A stretch of DNA of 64,000 bases. Source: Selaginella moellendorffii (taxonomy: Eukaryota; Plantae; Lycopodiophyta). The notes beneath the pieces are model-generated. The model ran no database searches, was not told the DNA's origin, and was given only the letters and a program-made list of their open reading frames with translations. A program made the position numbers and the translations under genes. The stretch is taken from positions 248,001 through 312,000 of the forward strand of contig NW_003314400.1 in the NCBI RefSeq assembly GCF_000143415.4, read 5' to 3'. Below, piece by piece: positions 59,183 through 64,000 of the stretch. Every line of letters begins with the position of its first letter. Position 1 is the first letter of the stretch.

Positions 59183-60070
59183 ATGAAGTTCGTCGTTGCT
59201 CTGTTCGCCGCTCTGCATTTCCTATCTACAGCTCGGGGCCAGAGCTTGCACCATGAGGAGCTCGTTTCTGCGAGAGATCCGTCGACGACCACTCTCAGTC
59301 GCTACTGTTCGAGCTTCCAGTTCAATGCCGAGGTGAACAACTTTGTTAATGGCTGGCTTGTCCCTGGGGAGTGCGTGAGTCGCATCAAGAGATACATTGA
59401 GAAGGGACAGTATGCTGCTGACGTTGAGGCCGTGATCAACCAAGCTCGAATTTATGTCAAGAATCTCACGGTCACCAACGAGGCTAAGAAGGCTTGGGTG
59501 CTAGACATCGACGAGACTTCCCTGTCGAATGTTCCTTACTATCGGACTCACAGCTATGGGTAAGCATTGCAAGAGTTAGTTCCTTGGACTCATTGTTTTC
59601 GATGCAGTGCTACGAAATTCAATGCCACGGAATTTAACGCTTGGGTGGATCAAGCTAGCGCTGCAGCGCTCGCTCCGACACTGTCTCTCGTCAAGGAGCT
59701 CGTGAGCTTGCGCTGGAATGTCATCTTTATCACTGGAAGGCCCGAGTCTCAGCGTCAAGTCACGGTCAAGAACTTAAAGGCCGCGGGATACAAAGGCTGG
59801 ACAAAACTCCTCCTCAAGTAAGCAAAGCAAAGAAAAGCAGAGTTTTCCATCTCCATTTCCTGGAGCTGAGCAATTTGTTGTTGCAGGAGTGCTGCTCAAA
59901 CCAATGCTCGGATGACCGCAATGGCTTACAAGAGCAGCTTGAGGGAGGGACTTGTGAAAGATGGGTATGAGATTTGGGGGAACATTGGTGACCAGTGGAG
60001 TGACATTTCTGGATCTGCTGCTGGTAGCAAAGTTTTCAAGCTTCCCAATCCTCTTTACTTCATCCCGTGA
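59183..60070 (+). CDS. HAD class-B acid phosphatase (VSP/APS1-like), 3 exons
   Basis: Signal peptide, AWVLDIDETSLSNVPYY, FITGRPE, GNIGDQWSD and FKLPNPLYFIP*. Confidence 0.93.
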
Positions 60071-60299
60071 CCAATAGCAGTAGCAGTGGCGGAGACATCC
60101 GTTGACATCAAATTAAAAACTTTAGATCTTGTCTTGATTTATACGGTGCTGATGTGTTTAATACGGTTGACATTATGAAGAAACGTTTATATTTAGTTAA
60201 GAAAAGCTGATGAATTGAAGCTTGTCACTCCCTAGCTCGCTGTTGTCACATTTTTAATCTTTGATCTTGCGCCAGGAGCTTGGATCCTACACAGCTCCT

Positions 60300-60790
60300 C
60301 CATGCGGCCAGGGGTTCCTCCTCTCTCACTCTTGCCATTGTTCTAGTTTCCAGTTCATTAGACAACTTTGCCAATGGCTGGCTCGTTCCTCGCGAGTCTG
60401 TCGGTCGGATCAAGCGATACGGTACAATGCTGATACCAAGCAAGCTCGAGCCTACACGAGGAGTCTCACTGTTACGAACGAAACTGCGAAGGCGTGGACG
60501 TTTGATATTGACGAGACGGCCTTGTCGAATGTTATCGAGCTCAGAGGTAAGAACTTAATTGAAAAAAATTGTTTTTGTTGTCTAGAGCTTGGAAACTATG
60601 CTCCAGTGCTGCGAAGTTTAATGTCACTGCGTTCATTGCTTGGATCCAAGAGGGTCGCGCTACAGCAATCTCTCCAACTTTATCCGTCTTCAACTGGAAT
60701 CTCATCTTTATCACTGAAAGGATTGAATCCCAGCGTGATATCACAGTGAAGAAGAACAGCAAATACAAGAGCTGCCTCGGTGACTCTTGA
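60300..60790 (+). pseudogene. Decayed tandem copy of the acid phosphatase
   Basis: NGWLVPRE, AWTFDIDETALSNV and KFNVTAFIAW, with frameshifts and truncation. Confidence 0.85.
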
Positions 60791-61058
60791 ATCGTGAAGA
60801 AAAATAAAAGCTATAAACTCTTTCTTTAATGTTAGAGAAAGTCATATTATTTTCAAGGTGTATAATCCTTTTGTATGAAAGAAGTTCTATTTTTCAACCC
60901 CCATGTGCCTCCTGAGAAATACTACTGCAACAAAATCTGTTCCATACTTATGAGGAAATTAAAACGCTAAGGGTTTTACCACATCAAGCATACCATAAGT
61001 TTTAAGCGCTTCACAAATTAGACTATAGTATCCACCACCAGGATAGAACCTATCAAAA

Positions 61059-62815
61059 TTAAAAACATAAGCATATAGTATACATTACAAACCTCTTACG
61101 ATGCTCTTCCCTGGTGACTGCCTCAGTTCCTCTCCTCATTAATTCAAAGAACCATTTAAACTCTTCCAGGTAATCCATAAAACCCCTGATCCCAGAGTGA
61201 GGTCCCACATCAGGTGAAAACCGGGTGATCTGAAGAACAAACATCAAAGTCAACAAAGAAACGAACAAGAGACTTTTGCAACAAAACTCAAACCTGTAAA
61301 ACTCCTTCTGCAAATGGTGCTCGTATGGAACACTTCCACAGAAGATGGATTGACCGTTTGCAACACTCTCCCCTTGATTCCCCCTTTGTAAAGGCGCCTG
61401 AAATAAAACATCCTATGCACATCTGAAGGTATACTCTGCTCATCCATATTAAGCTGTCCAGCAAGTTGGGTAGCCTCTCGACTCTCTTGTATCAGTGCCG
61501 AATCTGCCACCTGCTATTCAACGAGTGAGAAATTACAAGTGTATGGCTAGAGTGCATGCCTCATAATGCATGTTTGCCCTGTATATTCAAAGTGAAACTC
61601 AGAACCAAGGTTACGACGCTATGCTAAAACGTGGTCTCCAATGTCAATGATACCGTCCGAAAGCCAATCCAAAAGCGAGGCCATAAAGCCGGAATACCCA
61701 CTCTCGAATGTCATTGCTAGGATCCTGAAAATTGTGGAACTTTTCCACAGCTCATTTGACTCCTCTTCAGTGATTGCACCGCAATGAGGGCCTGCATGCC
61801 ACACATCACCACCTGTATTAAAGAATACCTCAACAGTATCTGATTTGCATCGCACCACGTTATTCTCTTAAACTGTGGTAGTTCTTCTACTCCAAATGCA
61901 GACACCAAAATGATAAGAATGTTAGGAACTATGCCTCCTCGACCTTCCTGGAAAGGTTTCAATGCTCTCCACAGGGTCAAATTGTGATTGAATCCAGCTT
62001 GGGCTTCGTCAACGAGAAGAAACCTCAGCGGTTCGTCAGGGACAAAGAAATTCCGCAAAACCTCCTCTGCACCTTCAAAGTCAATACAAATCTAAGGACA
62101 TATGCCACGGTCATCATCATAGATAGATACGAACAGCTCGTTGAAGGTAGAAGCGTTGGTGGTGGCAAGATTGACATAATAAATTTGTTTCCAAATGCCA
62201 CTAGCTCTTGCCTGCGACTCCGTCAGCTGCAACAATGACGTCTTCCCACTCTGAAGAGGAGCGCGAATCAGTACAGACGCTGCTGACTGAACGAGTTCCA
62301 GTAGCTTAGTTATGGTAGAGGTTCTTTGTGCATGCCAGCGGTAGACTCTGTCCTCATTCCGCACCCCGACACTGGCAAAAGTTTGAATAACAGGCTTCTC
62401 CACTACAGCAAAACATGAGAGTAACAGAGCGTCAAGTAACACGTACAAGATCACCACGCACAAGATAGAAGACATCCCCCACAAATAACACCAAAAAATG
62501 CAACCAGTATCAGGCTATGCCAGCAACCCACTAATGAGCAACCAGAGATCTGTAAGCCAGCAAGCAGCAACAACTGACTAAAGGCGTGTCAGTCAAATGA
62601 CAAGAGACGCTACAGGATTAGCTAAATCATAGGAAAGAGTAGCTTACTCTGACGCTTCATCCTCCTTACTCCTCTTCTTTCCTATGCAGGCATTCCTTGT
62701 CCATTCAGTATTGAAGATGAGAACCTCCTAATGCCAGTCTTTTCTCCACTTCCTCGTCAATCTCCTGTTCTATGGTCTTGACCTGTGCAGAAACTCCTCC
62801 TGGATCTATGGGCTC
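61059..62815 (-). pseudogene. Crinkler (CR)-type AAA+ ATPase + restriction-endonuclease-fold gene, probably disabled
   Basis: VLIRAPLQSGKTSLLQL (Walker A), FLLVDEAQ (Walker B), ITEEESNELW, QKEFYR and FSPDVG...GFMDY...WFFELMRRG....EEHRKRF. Stops and frameshifts lie between the segments. Confidence 0.65.
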
Positions 62816-62927
62816 AAAACCACTAAAAGGTTGACGGGTTTATGTAGATGAGAAATGAGCCTTTTGTTCAAGTGTCATCGTTAATCAAAGTTTTATATAT
62901 TTCAGATTTTTGAAAAAGAAAAAGAGT

Positions 62928-64000
62928 TTAGCCATTCTGGATGATCCTGGATGCAGCACGCAAGCTCTCCAGAGCAACCGCATCAGCCTCATAAGGCATG
63001 CAGTCTTTCAGCTCCACCGCATCGGCCACTCGCCCAGCTCTTCCCAAAACGTCGATCAAACACACGTAGTGCTCTCTCGCCGGCACCATCCCAAAATCGC
63101 ACACCATGGAGCTCAAGCACTCGCAGGCTGCTGCTAGCTGACCGCTCTGGCTGCACGAGTAAAGAATGGTGATGAAAGTTATGTCGTCTGGAACAAATCC
63201 TTCTACCTGCATTTGCCGAGAGAGGAAGATGGCATCCCGGAAGAGCCCCTGCTTCGCGTAAGCCGAGACGATGGCGTTCCAGGACACGGCATCCTTGCAG
63301 GGAATCGATGAAAACACCCGGCTTGCATCGGCCACCCGGCTACACTTCGCGTAGAGGCTGGCCGCCGCGTTTAAGACCGTCGTGTTTTGAGTGTAGGGAC
63401 CGGCGAGGACGAGAGCATGGATCCGCCTGCCTTGCTCGTGTGCTCCCACGGTCGCGCAGGCACGCAGGACGCTTGTGAGAGTGGTGGCGTTCGGCTTTAC
63501 ACCTTCCAAATTCATGAGCTCGAAGGTCTTGATGGCTTCCCAGTGCTGACCATATGCCGCGATGAAGGCGCTCCAGGAGATCACGCTGGGCCTCGAGATC
63601 CTGAGGAAAACTTCCCTGGCCTCATCCGGGTGTCCTGCTTTGCCATAAGCGGTCATGACGGCATTGGCTGCGACCATTCTCTGCTCTAACCCGGAGGCGA
63701 GGATCCGCGAATGCACGTCCCTGACTTGAGTGGCACTGTCGCAAAAGCCGAGGACGCTGGCGAAGACGTTCTCGTCGGCTTCCATGCCTTCGAGGTCCAA
63801 GTGGTGATAGAGCTCGGTAGCTTCTCGCTTCAAGCCGTGCTGTACGTATGCTGCAATCACGGAAGCCCAGGAAGAGGTCTTCATATCCTGCCGCTGGTCA
63901 TTGAAAACTTTCACGGCATCCTCAAGGCCACCGGACTTGCTGTACATGTTGACGAGAGCGTTGTTGACTGCAGAGTCGGATTCCATTCCACCGAGACGAA
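62928..64000 (-). CDS. PLS-class PPR protein (5' end outside window)
   Basis: KDAVSWNAIVSAYAK, PDDITFITILYSCS and EHYVCLIDVLGRAG. The E region is truncated. Confidence 0.9.
   Translation of the reverse strand, partial: RLGGMESDSAVNNALVNMYSKSGGLEDAVKVFNDQRQDMKTSSWASVIAAYVQHGLKREATELYHHLDLEGMEADENVFASVLGFCDSATQVRDVHSRILASGLEQRMVAANAVMTAYGKAGHPDEAREVFLRISRPSVISWSAFIAAYGQHWEAIKTFELMNLEGVKPNATTLTSVLRACATVGAHEQGRRIHALVLAGPYTQNTTVLNAAASLYAKCSRVADASRVFSSIPCKDAVSWNAIVSAYAKQGLFRDAIFLSRQMQVEGFVPDDITFITILYSCSQSGQLAAACECLSSMVCDFGMVPAREHYVCLIDVLGRAGRVADAVELKDCMPYEADAVALESLRAASRIIQNG

Overview
This is compact plant nuclear DNA. Very short GT-AG introns, tiny intergenic gaps, many PLS/SS-class PPR genes and a single-DUF26 receptor kinase suggest a lycophyte such as Selaginella (inference). 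The left third (1-23.4 kb) is accessory DNA. It holds a retroelement-like region whose ~1015-bp segment is amplified into an inverted tandem array, an intronless archaeal-type P-loop ATPase broken by one in-frame TGA, and an atypical Dof gene. It also holds a full-length but frameshifted Ty1/copia element with short non-canonical TG..GA LTRs and a GGCCA TSD, plus many gene fragments (P450, PSAT1, PPR, EFM5/N6AMT2, UMP synthase). The core region carries MED16/SFR6, ASPM, a cluster of five apparently intact plus several decayed MES/SABP2-family esterases that all have signal-peptide-like leaders, a putative mL80-like protein, an sdCRK, a bZIP17/28-type factor, three PPRs, an ERD7-like protein, GPN3, and a class-B acid phosphatase with a pseudocopy. 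Near the right end is a decayed Crinkler-type AAA+ATPase/REase gene. The most notable items are the apparently secreted methylesterase cluster, the two unusual P-loop NTPase genes, and the templated gene-fragment mosaics at rearrangement junctions. All calls come from motif recognition by eye, and exon boundaries are approximate.
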